Shown: positions 12,214-23,294, numbered from the whole stretch's first letter. The stretch: DNA of 62,837 bases, filler included, from Rhabdomonas costata (GCA_019059605.1; 49 parts of 49 records of this genome joined end to end with filler, not necessarily neighbours in it); one strand, 5' to 3'. A program made the numbers and translations. Notes: a model not told the origin generated them from the letters alone.

Positions 12214-13279
12214 GTAGAACTGACAGTTTGGCACACAGTGCGGAGATTCCGCGGTCCTCGATTTTCGTTTGCTTCAACACGAAATGTGGGGGTCTTCTTG
12301 TGCTTACTGTGCGCAGCGGTTGCGGGAGGTCCACATTGCTTCGCTGCTGGAGAAGTTGCCTGTTGATCAACACTCTCACCTGAGCGCGGGATTTTCGTAC
12401 GTGGAAAACGTAAAAAAAACACCTCAAATGAATACCGACCCCAGCAATGGCCCTGTTCCCCGAAGCTCGAAACCTGCTAGAGCACAGTGTGGTACTGATC
12501 TTGCGGCATGCCTTCTGGTTTCTTATATGAGCGTCGCTAATTCCTTTCGATTCGGCAGCGAAGAAACACAACGGTGAGTTTGTCTGCAGAACGAATTCCT
12601 TCATCACAATGTGTTACCTTCACTATGATTCTCTGAATGGTCGTGGTCAAAAGCGAAACGGTAATGCAGCTGGACAGGACTTTCAATGTCGCTTAACACC
12701 AATTGGTTGAGCTCGGGTCTTCCGTTCGGGGCCGGCAGCGCACTCGATCCNNNNNNNNNNNNNNNNNNNNNNNNNNNNNNNNNNNNNNNNNNNNTTAATT
12801 AATTAANNNNNNNNNNNNNNNNNNNNNNNNNNNNNNNNNNNNNNNNNNNNTTTTGTGAGGGGAACAATGAAAACGTCGTGAAAATCATGACCGTCCTTCA
12901 TCAACCACGACAGTGGCCAAATGGCGAGCACTCACAGGCGAATCCCTATGACTGTCAGGTTTGGACAACTAAAAAATCGCATTCCGATTCCACGCCAGTA
13001 CTTCCACTCTGGGGACCCATCGCGGCCGCGAACTTCCTAGTCAATTCGCCCCCCCGGGGGGGGCTTCTTGGCTTCCCATTGTCGGAAGTGCAGCTCCACG
13101 GGCCAATGGCTGAGCAGAAATTCCATCCTGGCAAAAAACGGTTCTCCTGGTGCCCATGAAGTGCAATCGTCATCCACCAACTTAACTACTTTTCGAGGTA
13201 CCTTCCACTTCCCACTGAACGAGGGTTCATCGAGCAGAGGAGCATCCATGGCGTGTCCATGGGTTAGACCGGCCCTCCG

Positions 13280-14029
13280 TCAGTAGCGGTGGAACTCCTG
13301 CCTCAGAAAGTCGGCCAGGGGGCGTGGGGTGCGGAGGTCAGGCAGGCCCAGCTCGACCGCCGGGGCGACCGCGAAGACCCCGAACCACTCCTCGTCGTGA
13401 CAGTGCCCGGGAAACCCTTCCCGCCACACTGCACGGGGGTCCGGGACTCCCCATGCCCCAACCTTTGGAAAAACCCCAGAAATAAACCACGTGGATGCGA
13501 AAAGTATGTAACTAGCAACTTGAGAGGGGGGGGGGGCAGGTTTGTAATTTTTAATGGCAGCAGTGGTGCTCTCCTTCATCTTCTCGGTTGGCGGGTTACG
13601 GTTCACTTACAGTTTCGGCTGTTGAGGTGGTTTGGTTGTGAGTGTGGTTGTCTGACCACCACTTGGTGGTTGCCAAGCCATAAGGCAGAAACGTATACTA
13701 GCGCGTTTGGTATCACTATACAATTAGTGCTAAAAATAGGATAAAGGAAATATACGATAGACATCACCCACCCCATGGAACGTCGCCACCCACCGGCCCG
13801 CTCCGGCCACAACGCGGCGTGGGCCAAAATTAATTCTGTCCGAACATCCCCAAAAATCCGCAAAACCGTTCAGCAGTGTAAAACGATAAGGGGTGCGTGC
13901 ACCCCCGCAAAAAATTCCGATCGCAGGTCCCAATTTATGAAGGATTTCTTTCTTCTGGCAAACCGGCACTCCGGGGTCGTGAGTGGCCGGGTTACCCGCC
14001 TTCCACCACTCGTCGCAGAACTCGAACAC
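13280..14029 (-). CDS. Clan GH-A glycoside hydrolase (GH2 TIM-barrel/GH158-like), last two exons
   Basis: Exons 14029-13964 and 13462-13280 (phase 0, GT-AG): VFEFCDEWWKAGNPATHDPGVP|VGAWG...HDEEWFGVFAV...RTPRP...TGA; FExxDEWWK and EEWFG motifs. Confidence 0.7.
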
Positions 14030-14339
14030 CCACCNNNNNNNNNNNNNNNNNNNNNNNNNNNNNNNNNNNNNNNNNNNNTTAATTAATTAANNNNNNNNNN
14101 NNNNNNNNNNNNNNNNNNNNNNNNNNNNNNNNNNGTGGTGGTGTAAGCCCAACCTCTGCTGCAAGGTGACACGAGTATGTTACCGATGCCTGAGGCCTGG
14201 AGATGCAAGAGGGGAGTGTGAAGGGAGAGTGGAGGGGTGTCGAATTCCCACCGCTAACCCAGCACATGAACCAACCAACATGATGCACTGAAGAAGTGGT
14301 GATGTTGGAAGCATTCTGAGACCGAAAGCGTAGGGGTAT

Positions 14340-15120
14340 GAGTTCAGCGATTCAGTCGTCCCGTTCACACTCGGCTTTCAGCCTCCTGTTCATGTTCCTC
14401 CAACCATCATGTCGTTCACATTCGCTCCACTTCGTTACCCTCATGTTCTCTCCTGTTCCTATTCGTTCTGTTGATCACGGTTCACATTCACACTCGTCGC
14501 TGCGCTCCTGTTCATGTTCTCTATGTCGTCACATTCGCTACGCTCATGTTCCTCCTATGTAAGAGAGGGAGGTCCGAACGTGAGTGACGGCCGACATGAT
14601 AGTGATGAAGGGCTACGGCTACGCCTACGCTCCTGTTAATTGGTCGCTTCGTCATTCGCTACGCTAGTTCCTCGCTCCTCCTTTCACGTCTTCAGTCGCT
14701 ACGCTCCTTCCTCCTCTATGCTTTCTGTCGATCACGTGTCGTCGTGATGCTCGGTACCTCGCATCCCTCCTCCTACCATGGTTCACTCCCCGGCATAAGC
14801 CGGTACGTTCACAGGGTCACACTCGTCACATTCACTGCCTTCATGTTCCTCCTGTTCCTTGTATACGTTCTGTTGATTATGTTGAAGGAGATCCCGAAGG
14901 ACTTCCGCAGAATCCGAACCCGAAGACCGAAAGCGAAGACAGAAAGCGAAGACAGAACCCCAACAGCCGAACTCCGAACCCCCAAAGGCCCCCACGAACG
15001 TAGTGAGTGGGGGACCTTATCATAGTACTGTGAATGCACGTAACCACCCTTACGGTGGTGGAGTGCATGAACCATCACATTTAGGGAGTATGCGAGCGCA
15101 TGCGAGTATACGACCGGCAT
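14340..15120. repeat. Array of strand-specific G.A-ladder DNA hairpins (non-coding element, copy 1)
   Basis: Minus strand 14551-14529 GA-ACAT-GA-GC-GTA-GC-GA-ATGT-GA and similar units at 14482-14519 and 14650-14710; plus strand 14989-15013 CCCCCAC-GA-AC-GTA-GT-GA-GTGGGGG and 15088-15111. Shares blocks with 25702-26464. Confidence 0.8.
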
Positions 15121-15706
15121 GCAACTCGGGGCATTCGTGGGGTATCAGACATCATGGGCCCCTCGGTCACCTCTTCATCATCTTCCACCATCATGAGAGT
15201 ACGTAGGGGTGGTCACGCAGTGGGCACCCCGGAGTAGCATCAGGACCACCCAGAGTAGAGGGCATCGCAGATAGAGGTATCCGTAGGAGGGGCATGATGT
15301 CTGATACCCCACACCCACCNNNNNNNNNNNNNNNNNNNNNNNNNNNNNNNNNNNNNNNNNNNNTTAATTAATTAANNNNNNNNNNNNNNNNNNNNNNNNN
15401 NNNNNNNNNNNNNNNNNNNGGGTTGGTTTCCTTTTCTTAGATGGCTTTCGCACCAAAAAGGTGGATAAAGAGATCACGAACCGGAAGATGATCACTCGGA
15501 AAAGGGCAGAGACCAGGAATTTTGAATCGAATTACAAGTCCGTTAAGAGTCCAAGCTCAAAAGAGCCAGTGATGCGAACAGAACAATGAGCGCACTACCA
15601 TCGTTTCCATTACCGGGATACAGGGAAATCGTTGGTGACAGGACTGTGGAAATAGTTTGGAAAGGAATGGCAGACGAGGTCTTTTTGTGTGTTCGGCCAT
15701 TGTCAG

Positions 15707-15957
15707 GCTCCGAGGAGGAGATCATGTGCTTCGCCAAGGATAACTACGCCGTGGACTTCCCGCTGATGTCCAAGGTGAACGTCAACACCCCCTCGGAGTG
15801 CCCCATGTTCACCTTTCTGAAGGGTGGGCCAGCGGGCACACCGATCCGGTGGAACTTCACGAAGTTCCTGGTTAGCCGCCAGGGCGCCGTGGCGCGGAGG
15901 TTTGAGTCCCGTACCACCCCCGAGGAGATCGCTCCGGAGGTGGAGAAGCTCCTCTAG
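15707..15957 (+). CDS. GPX: Glutathione peroxidase family, last exon
   Basis: ttgtcag acceptor; GSEEEIMCFAKDNYAVDFPLMSKVNVN...PMFTFLK...IRWNFTKFLVSRQGAVARRF...EVEKLL*; WNFxKFL signature. Confidence 0.93.
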
Positions 15958-15981
15958 GGGGGAGGGGGCGCTAAGGAGGGT

Positions 15982-16046
15982 GTTGGCTGTGAACCCACCC
16001 GAGGAATGGCGAAGTGTGGTGCGCTTGCTGTGGTGAGGCGGCCAAC
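15982..16046 (+). promoter_or_regulatory. Candidate SECIS-like stem-loop in the GPx 3' UTR
   Basis: GTTGGCT/GGCCAAC outer helix, GTGA (15989-15992), 12 nt, AA, 28 nt, GA (16035-16036). The upper helix is imperfect. Confidence 0.3.
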
Positions 16047-16474
16047 TGTACTTGTATTTTTCTTGGTCCTGGGACGAGCTCTAGTTATCTGTGTAGCCGC
16101 TCCTGTCTGCGGCTCGGGGTGAGGCACAGTTGGGCGTGGGGTCTGCCACACGGTATGTGGGGGGTGTCAGTTGCTTGAGTCCGTGAATCTTGAGGTGGGC
16201 TTGAACTAAAGAAGAGCCTTCGAAATGGGAATGGGCTCCCACGATGCTGGTTGTACTTGCACTTTGGTAGTTTGTTGGTAGTTTGTTTCTGTTTTCGGAC
16301 GGCGTGTACCTCCTGGGCCGTGTGGATTCATGCTGAGGAGGGATGTTTATCTTCCTGTTTTCCACCTGGACAGAACTTTTGTGCTCTTTTATTTGTTTCT
16401 CGCGCTGTCTTTCGGGACCCACCTTTGGTTTTTTGCCGTGCTCCCCTTTCCCGTGTTTTTTAGCGGGATATTTA

Positions 16475-16598
16475 TTTGTGGAATGGCTGCCCTTCCTGAT
16501 CCCGCGGAGCCGCCTTCCCCACCCTGGGTTCCCACTGTGGTACTCGCTTCGGTATGTTGCCGGGCGGGCGGGTTCAGGAAGGGCAGCCATTCCACAAA
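16475..16598. repeat. Terminal fold-back inverted repeat, ~31-bp arms
   Basis: tttgtggaatggctgcccttcctga(t)cccgc versus gcggg(t)tcaggaagggcagccattccacaaa at the contig end. Confidence 0.9.
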
Positions 16599-16710
16599 CA
16601 AACANNNNNNNNNNNNNNNNNNNNNNNNNNNNNNNNNNNNNNNNNNNNTTAATTAATTAANNNNNNNNNNNNNNNNNNNNNNNNNNNNNNNNNNNNNNNN
16701 NNNNGGTTTT

Positions 16711-16811
16711 GGGTAGCGAATTCACTGTGGCGCACTTCGACAGCTTCCCAAAGTAAGTCAGAGACCTCCTGAAGGAAGCTGTCGAAGTGCGCCACAGTGA
16801 ATTCGCTACCC
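16711..16811. repeat. Terminal fold-back inverted repeat, 38-bp arms
   Basis: 16711-16748 is the reverse complement of 16774-16811 at the contig start. Confidence 0.9.
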
Positions 16812-18039
16812 ACTACGCCGCGCAGCTCCCCACTCGCCGACCTCACCGGTGCCACCACAGGAAGGGCCAGCACAGCGCTGGTGGTTCCGGTACTCGCGCT
16901 CGAGGTGCCCCCCGAGCGAAGCAACGAGGCGTACACGGGGGCGAAGGTCACGGGTACGGCCGTCGTCGCCCCAGCTTGATACCACAGCTGTGACGGAATG
17001 TGAATGTGTCCCGAAACCGTTCTTTGACAGGTAATCCACTCTATGTCACTCTGTGACTGTCAGAACTGCTACACATTCTAGGGCACACATTCTAGGGCTG
17101 AGAGTCGCCTGATGTATGGGGTTGAAGCCGTACGGCGTGCGTCAGAAAACATGTCATCCCATGCCATCTTCAAAAAGACTGTCCTTCACACCTAACTACG
17201 CCTTCGCAATTTCCACCTGAAAGTGTAAAGGACCGGAGATTTAATCCAAAAAAGTATCCCCGCGCTCATTTTCAAACCGTATTTTTCCTCCCAGCCCGAA
17301 GAAGTCCATTACTTCGCTAATATCCACGTTCCTACGTGCACTACAACTCTGAGATCAGAGGCATAACAACAGGTCAAAAAGACTATCGCTCGGAATGTTA
17401 TACTATTCTCTCCAATCAAGTTAACAACTTGTTTGCAACGCAGTGCCAAGTGTTTCGGTGCAACACTTGCTATAACAAGGAGATACAGGTGGTGCAATGA
17501 CGTTATCACACCAATGTGCTCGTTATTTCTACTACGAGAAGAAAGCGAATGTGCAGTGCTGTCACGGCATCTGAGCAATGGCCTCCTGCCTGAATCACCA
17601 CTTCCATCCCCCACCTTTCCCCACTCTTCGTGTTCGTCCCAAAGCGAGGCACTGAGCAGGGGGCAGAGATACTTCCATTGCGTGGTGTGATGATCTGGCT
17701 GTTCTTGGGGAGGCAGGATCCAAAGCGACCCAAAAAACATTACCCCACGTTGTTCAAGAAACCGTTTTTGCCGTGTCCGAACAAACCCCGACCACATCTG
17801 CAGCATCAGGCCAAAGGGAGCCGCCTCTGGATCCAGAGAAGCAGCACCAGCCCAAACCTAAAAGTTGCAACCGGAGTGAACAACCCCCCNNNNNNNNNNN
17901 NNNNNNNNNNNNNNNNNNNNNNNNNNNNNNNNNTTAATTAATTAANNNNNNNNNNNNNNNNNNNNNNNNNNNNNNNNNNNNNNNNNNNNGGTGTGTGTGA
18001 GCTTATAATGGGGTTCGCGGCCCAATACCTTGTTCATCG

Positions 18040-19172
18040 TTTTGTTATTGAACGGGGCGTTCTCTACGGGCCTGGGGACTTCCTGGACTGGGTTCCTGTG
18101 CCCAACATCAACACCCTAACTCCAAAAATATCTCGCTTTCCTCCAAAAGTCTCCCCTTGGCATGGTTTTCTTTGGGCTGGTGGAGCCTATGATCACACAG
18201 ATGCACTGCTTATGCATTGGTCATTTTTGAAGCACACTTGATTTTGAAACACCATCCTGGTGGATCGTTCTTTGTCCCTTGCTTCGTTTGTGGCATTTCA
18301 TTTGCTCCGTAGCTGCCTGTCTGCCTGCCGTGTGACCCATCTTCTTCAAGCCCTTTCGTTCGACAGTGGAGCCTCTTTGGCAGACCAGGCGAGGCGGGCT
18401 ATCAAAGATGCCCTGAATGGCGTGGTCGGGGCCCCTCTGTCGGAACAGCAGTGGGCACTCGCCAGTCTTCCTACCCGCTTGGGTGGTCTGGGCGTGTTGG
18501 ACCCTTCTTCTGTGCAGCTGGCTGCGCATCTTTCCTCTTTCGTGTCGACGTCGTTGGAGGCGATCACATTCCGCCTTCCTCAGCTGGACGTCAGTCACGG
18601 TCATTAGTAGCCCTTGCACAGTTGACACCTTCGGCACGCGTGTGGACCGAAGCCCTGCGCCCATTTCTCGAAGTGGGTCTTCCGTTGAGCGCAGAAGTCG
18701 GTGCTCACCCCGAGGAGGTGCCAGCAGAAGAATTGGGCTGATGCGCAGCACAACTTCAGTGCGGACATTCTCTCCACCACCTATCCATGCGGCTCAGCCA
18801 CATACGTGAGCTATCCTCTGGGGCGCACGTAAGCTTTTAGCTCACTGCGCCGTCCCCGCTGCATCTGACCTCTCAGTGAGGCAGCTTCTATTGCGGTGGC
18901 GGCTGGGTATGCGCCTTCCTGTTCCACGGAGATGCATGGCCTGTGGGCAGTTCCAAGACTTCTATGGCGACCATGCCTTGTGTTGTAAGGCCATGGGAGT
19001 ATATGCCCACCACAACAGTCTCAGGCAGACCCTCGCTGATCTGGTCACCCGCGCGGGCTTCGCATGCCAGCTCGAAGTTGCCCTTCCAGGATCGAACCTG
19101 ATCCCGGCAGATGTCTTTGTCCCCACATTTGTCGACGGCTTCCCGGCTGCTCTCGACATCGCAGTTACCCAC
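18040..19172 (+). mobile_element. Degenerate non-LTR retrotransposon, CRE/SLACS-like clade (post-RT region + restriction-like endonuclease)
   Basis: Intron-less. FHLLRSCLSACRVTHLL...QWALASLPTRLGGLG (18260-18607), then after stops/frameshifts LRWRLG...CMACGQFQDFYGDHALCC...HHNSLRQ...QLEV...IPADVFVP...ALDIAVTH (18876-19172): CCHC knuckle and RHN/E/PAD/D RLE motifs. Confidence 0.85.
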
Positions 19173-19373
19173 NNNNNNNNNNNNNNNNNNNNNNNNNNNN
19201 NNNNNNNNNNNNNNNNTTAATTAATTAANNNNNNNNNNNNNNNNNNNNNNNNNNNNNNNNNNNNNNNNNNNNGTTGTTGTTGAACCTTCGCATGCCTTGC
19301 ACTTGAGTGGATGAAAGGTCACTTTTGTGTTGTGAATGGTAAACGGTCCCTGCTGCATCCGAAAACAGCGTAC

Positions 19374-19910
19374 CATTGCCACAGCAATTCCGCGCTGCGC
19401 CACACGATTGCCACACCCCTGTGCGGAGCAGGAGCAGCCCTGCCCACACTCCACCACAGGCAGGGCGCACGCAGAGCCACTGCCTGGAAGCACCCTCCCC
19501 TCACCGTCGTACCCGCCGGCCCCTCCTGCAAGGCCAACACAGTGGCACAGACCCATTCCACGGCAGCAGCGGGGACCCCATGGGGGGCAATCACAGCCAA
19601 ACGGCTCCGCGGCCGGCGCATCCAAAGGAAGGCTAGCGGTGTACCGAAAGGCAGGCCAGCCTGGGCCCTCGTAAAGGGAGCGCGCCACCCAGACTTTGCC
19701 TTCCAGAGGGTAAATGTCGTCTATAGAGGTGGGGCTGGGAATATTGTCCCCTTTATTGCCATCACTGTCCGTGGCAAAAAGCTCGCCATCATGCATATGG
19801 TGAAAGAAATCAGAGGATAAGGATGATAACGTTGAAACAGATTCGGTGGCTGACCACCAACCGGGTCCTGCGCCGGAGGCCGAGAACTCCCCAACTCTGG
19901 CAGTGCACAC
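19374..19910 (-). CDS. Pre-SET domain histone-lysine methyltransferase (SUV39/SETMAR-like), partial
   Basis: PAFRYT...GCDC...CC...CHC...YDGEGRV...VVECGQGCSCSAQGCGNRVAQRG, then a GTACGC donor at 19373. The 5' boundary is uncertain (possible acceptor at 19721). Confidence 0.85.
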
Positions 19911-20197
19911 ATATTTTCAATAAAACGCCACTCGCAGCAAAAGGAAACGAAACCATGGAATAAGTCATGTAAACACGGCAACTGAAGTAGCAGTTCCCCC
20001 AGACACTTCCTCAACAGAGTTCCCCCAAAAAGAATCTCACGTCAACATCGCAACTGTCCTCCCAATGTTTCATGTGCAGCAGGTTCTTTCACGCTGCGTC
20101 CCGGTTCGTGAATTCTTCAGCGAACGGGCGAAGGCAACACCAGCGGCCCGCATTCATTCAACAGTTCCTCCAACGCGGCCCTCATTCGGCCACGCCC

Positions 20198-20450
20198 TTA
20201 GCCCCGCTCCCGCCGCTGCCGCAGCACTTCCCGCACCACAGGCTCCAGGCTCTCCGCCAGCAGCTCGTACCTCATTGGGGTAAAGTGTCTCTGGTCCGAG
20301 TACAGCTCCTCTGCGGTGACCTGGCCCTCCTCCAGCCACCGCGTCACCTCGCTAGCGAAGTCAAACAGCGTGGTCTGGGAAGAGCCCAACTCCCCGCACA
20401 GCTCACGCAGGCCAGCGTTCACTGCGGCACGTAGGGGGCCACGGTGACCC
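20198..20450 (-). CDS. SGNH/GDSL-like hydrolase, C-terminus
   Basis: RAAVNAGLRELC...LFDF...ELYSDQRHFTPMRYELLAESLEPVV...TAA; block V DxxH followed by a YxxxA helix. Confidence 0.55.
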
Positions 20451-21007
20451 CACACCCNNNNNNNNNNNNNNNNNNNNNNNNNNNNNNNNNNNNNNNNNNN
20501 NTTAATTAATTAANNNNNNNNNNNNNNNNNNNNNNNNNNNNNNNNNNNNNNNNNNNNGGGTTTGGGTGGTCAAAACCTCAAAATAATGTTCTTCGAGTGC
20601 AAGCCGGAAAAGATGATTTCCCCATCTGGGTTCGGGGAACACAATAATATCGATAATGTCGATATTGGGTTTCGCTGACATAGATCTACTTTATTTTTGA
20701 GGTCCCGTTTTTCCCCGATAAACGCACTTTTAGCCGATTTGAGCAGTTTGTGGTGTTGACGTCTGTGTATATACATGCATTCGGCCTTCAGTCTCCTTGG
20801 TCCTTCCTTAGTCAGCCCCCCCCCCCCGGCTGCTCTAAAGCCCACAAAGAAAAGGGGCAAGGAAGTCAGAGCGGTGCTGAAGTCCGAAATCCGAAGTCCA
20901 AAAAGTCCTTGAAAGGTCGAAGTTTTCTGAACTGACGATGAGTATGACCCCTCAGCGCGAGCGCCACATATTTTTGTGTGGTTCGGTCGGGCCAATACCA
21001 ATCTCAG

Positions 21008-21179
21008 GTATGAGATGAGCTCCGAGACCGACACGGAGGTCGTTCCGAAGCTCTGCATGCACCTCTTCCAGGCCTGTCAGGGGCGGATCACCTTCCCACA
21101 GCTGGTGATACGGGTGGTGGCACAGCTGGAGGGGGCCTTTGGGCTGGTCTTCAAGAGCTCCAAGTACCCCAACGAGCTG
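21008..21179 (+). CDS. GFPT: Glutamine:fructose-6-phosphate amidotransferase, glutaminase-domain exon n
   Basis: ctcag acceptor; YEMSSETDTEVVPKL...VVAQLEGAFGLVFKSSKYPNEL, then GTCCGT donor; SETDTEV and LEGAF motifs. Confidence 0.92.
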
Positions 21180-21499
21180 GTCCGTGGCTGTTGAGTCATT
21201 GCTCACAGTTAAGACAAACCACAAGGGGTTTCGGACAAATTTCACGGTTATGACGGACAGAACGATAAAAAGAGAGAGAGGGAGAGAGGAAGAGGACTGC
21301 GCCTGACGCACTTCACTGTTGTGCAGGTTTGTTACGCTGACGAAGTCCCCTTTGGTCTTCTTGTCTTCGCGTGTGCGTGGAAACCCGTAAACAATCACAC
21401 AATTTTTTTGCTTCGGTCCATGTTCCCCCACGTCTTGTCCATGGCTGCGTGGCTGCGAGTCGGGCGGGAAAACAAGGAGGACGGAGGGAGACTGAAGAC

Positions 21500-21664
21500 C
21501 TCCAAGTAGACCACGTTGCTGCCGTGATCGAGCAGCGCGCAGGCGTCGGAGGAGATGAACACCTCGTGGCTCTGCAAGGTGGAGGTGCCGCCCTGGGTGG
21601 AGGCCGAGGGCACGGCCCCAGAGGGGATGGTCAGGATCATAGGACTGCCGTTGCGGCAAGCAAC
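21500..21664 (-). CDS. GFPT: GFAT exon n+1, on the opposite strand
   Basis: acaaag acceptor; VACRNGSPMIL...HEVFISSDACALLDHGSNVVYLE, then GTCTTC donor. Matches GFAT xxRxGSPL and (A/S)SD..A....vxyLED; phase 0 continuation of ...PNEL. Confidence 0.85.
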
Positions 21665-22207
21665 CTTTGTGCCGCGCAGTGGGCGGAGTTATTACTGTTA
21701 ATACATGTGGTTCGTTATGACGAACGCCGGACCCACCCCCCCNNNNNNNNNNNNNNNNNNNNNNNNNNNNNNNNNNNNNNNNNNNNTTAATTAATTAANN
21801 NNNNNNNNNNNNNNNNNNNNNNNNNNNNNNNNNNNNNNNNNNCTGCCTCGGAGTGATGCTTGGCCGACTCGAATTGGGCTGCCGCTGACACGCAGTTTGT
21901 GCACGTTGGCGAAATCCTTCGACCGAGAACCTGCCAACCGTCTGGAGAGCCTTCAAATCACCAATCCCTCCACGAGCACAACGGCAGCACTACCTTTTGT
22001 GCGGATGAATTACCTTGCCTTGTCTTGTCATGCCTGCAGGCGGGAACGTCCCTTTCCAGAGGGTAGGTTCGTTCTGAACGTCATCACGCAATCCATTGAA
22101 ACCACTCCTGTGGTCAAGTTTTTGGGCCTCCCGAAACGCTTCCTGGCTGTTCGTTGCACCCTCAGGCGGTTCTTTCCTTAAATTTTTTGTCACACTCTTT
22201 CTTTCAG

Positions 22208-22716
22208 GAGCTGCGGTCGTTGGTCAACGGGCAGCTGCAAGATGTGGAGCCGCTTAGGCTCATTGTGTTTCCTCTGTTTACGTATTTTTTGCTGAGGTGT
22301 GTGTGTGTACGCGCGCGTTTGTGGTGTGCTCGTGGACGTGGTTCTTCAGCAACGGGAAGCGCAGTTTTTTTTGGGGGTTGTTTTCCGTTCGTTTTCATCT
22401 GTTCAGTCGCGTGAGCTGGCTGCGCCTCACTCGAACCAAATATCTCCGCCGATTGCTGTTCACACTTCTGCGAAAGGTTCCCTCTGTGAGAAGAAAGATT
22501 GATGCTGAGCTGGCCCAGATGAGAGCTGATTTTGAGGTGCCTCTCACATGACGCGACATCAATTTCCCTTGCACGCCAGAAGCTGCTGCTACTCCTCGCT
22601 TTTGTGTGCAGGAGTCCCTTCGTCTTCCCGAAGGTACTTTGATTCGCTCGAAGCTTCCGGCCGAAGGAATACCTCGGGAAAAGGTTCTCGAGGAAACAGC
22701 GTCGATTTCTTCTCTG
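22208..22716 (+). CDS. SGPL1: Sphingosine-1-phosphate lyase, N-terminal three exons
   Basis: Exons 22208-22296, 22407-22536, 22612-22716 (phases consistent): LVNGQLQDVEPLRLIVFPLFTYFLL...LFTLLRKVPSVRRKIDAELAQMRADFE|ESLRLP...SKLPAEGIPREKVLE. Confidence 0.7.
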
Positions 22717-23294
22717 GTCTGATGCCACCTCCACCGCATCTCGCGACGCAATATTTCGTTCGGGCGAGTTTTTTTTAGCTCACTTTCTTTTGTCTTAATT
22801 GCCGCCTCTTTTGGGCAGTGTAAAGCCAATGCTTACGTGTTTTTGCGAATCCTTCTCTTTGGTGGTGTTGGTGTTGGTGGTGTTGGTGGTGGTTGCTACG
22901 CTGACTAGCCAGTGGTTTGGCGCGGCACGAAAGAACACATTGGTACCAGTCGAGAGTGGTGGAGCAGCGTGGTAATTCCTTTGCTTCAAGTGGGTGTTAG
23001 GGAGTCCAGTTTACCTACCCCCAACACNNNNNNNNNNNNNNNNNNNNNNNNNNNNNNNNNNNNNNNNNNNNTTAATTAATTAANNNNNNNNNNNNNNNNN
23101 NNNNNNNNNNNNNNNNNNNNNNNNNNNGTGTTGGTGTCCATGACAAAATCGGAGCCACTGCAGTGGCGTCCTCTGGTGAATCTTTCTCTTTCGACTTCTC
23201 GCCAGTGGGTCCTTTTCTTTCTTGGTGTGAGGAACGTTTTTTTGGCTCACAAACAGGAGCGAATGCCCACCTTGCGGGGGGGCAGGCGGGCTAC

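Noticed and set aside
14744-15025. 93-aa ORF with a hydrophobic stretch (small membrane protein)
   Set aside because: It overlaps the pyrimidine-rich complement of the GA hairpins and short repeats, so the hydrophobicity is a compositional by-product.
14134-15300. Faint resemblances to mitochondrial genes: SSVHHVGWFM (nad2-like, minus ~14300-14260), GWS*CYS with UGA=Trp (cox2-like, minus ~15255-15230), CTGAGACCGAAAGCGTAGGGG (SSU rRNA-like, 14316-14336)
   Set aside because: Each match is too short and they partly conflict. None can be supported without HMM/CM searches, though they are worth testing under code 4.
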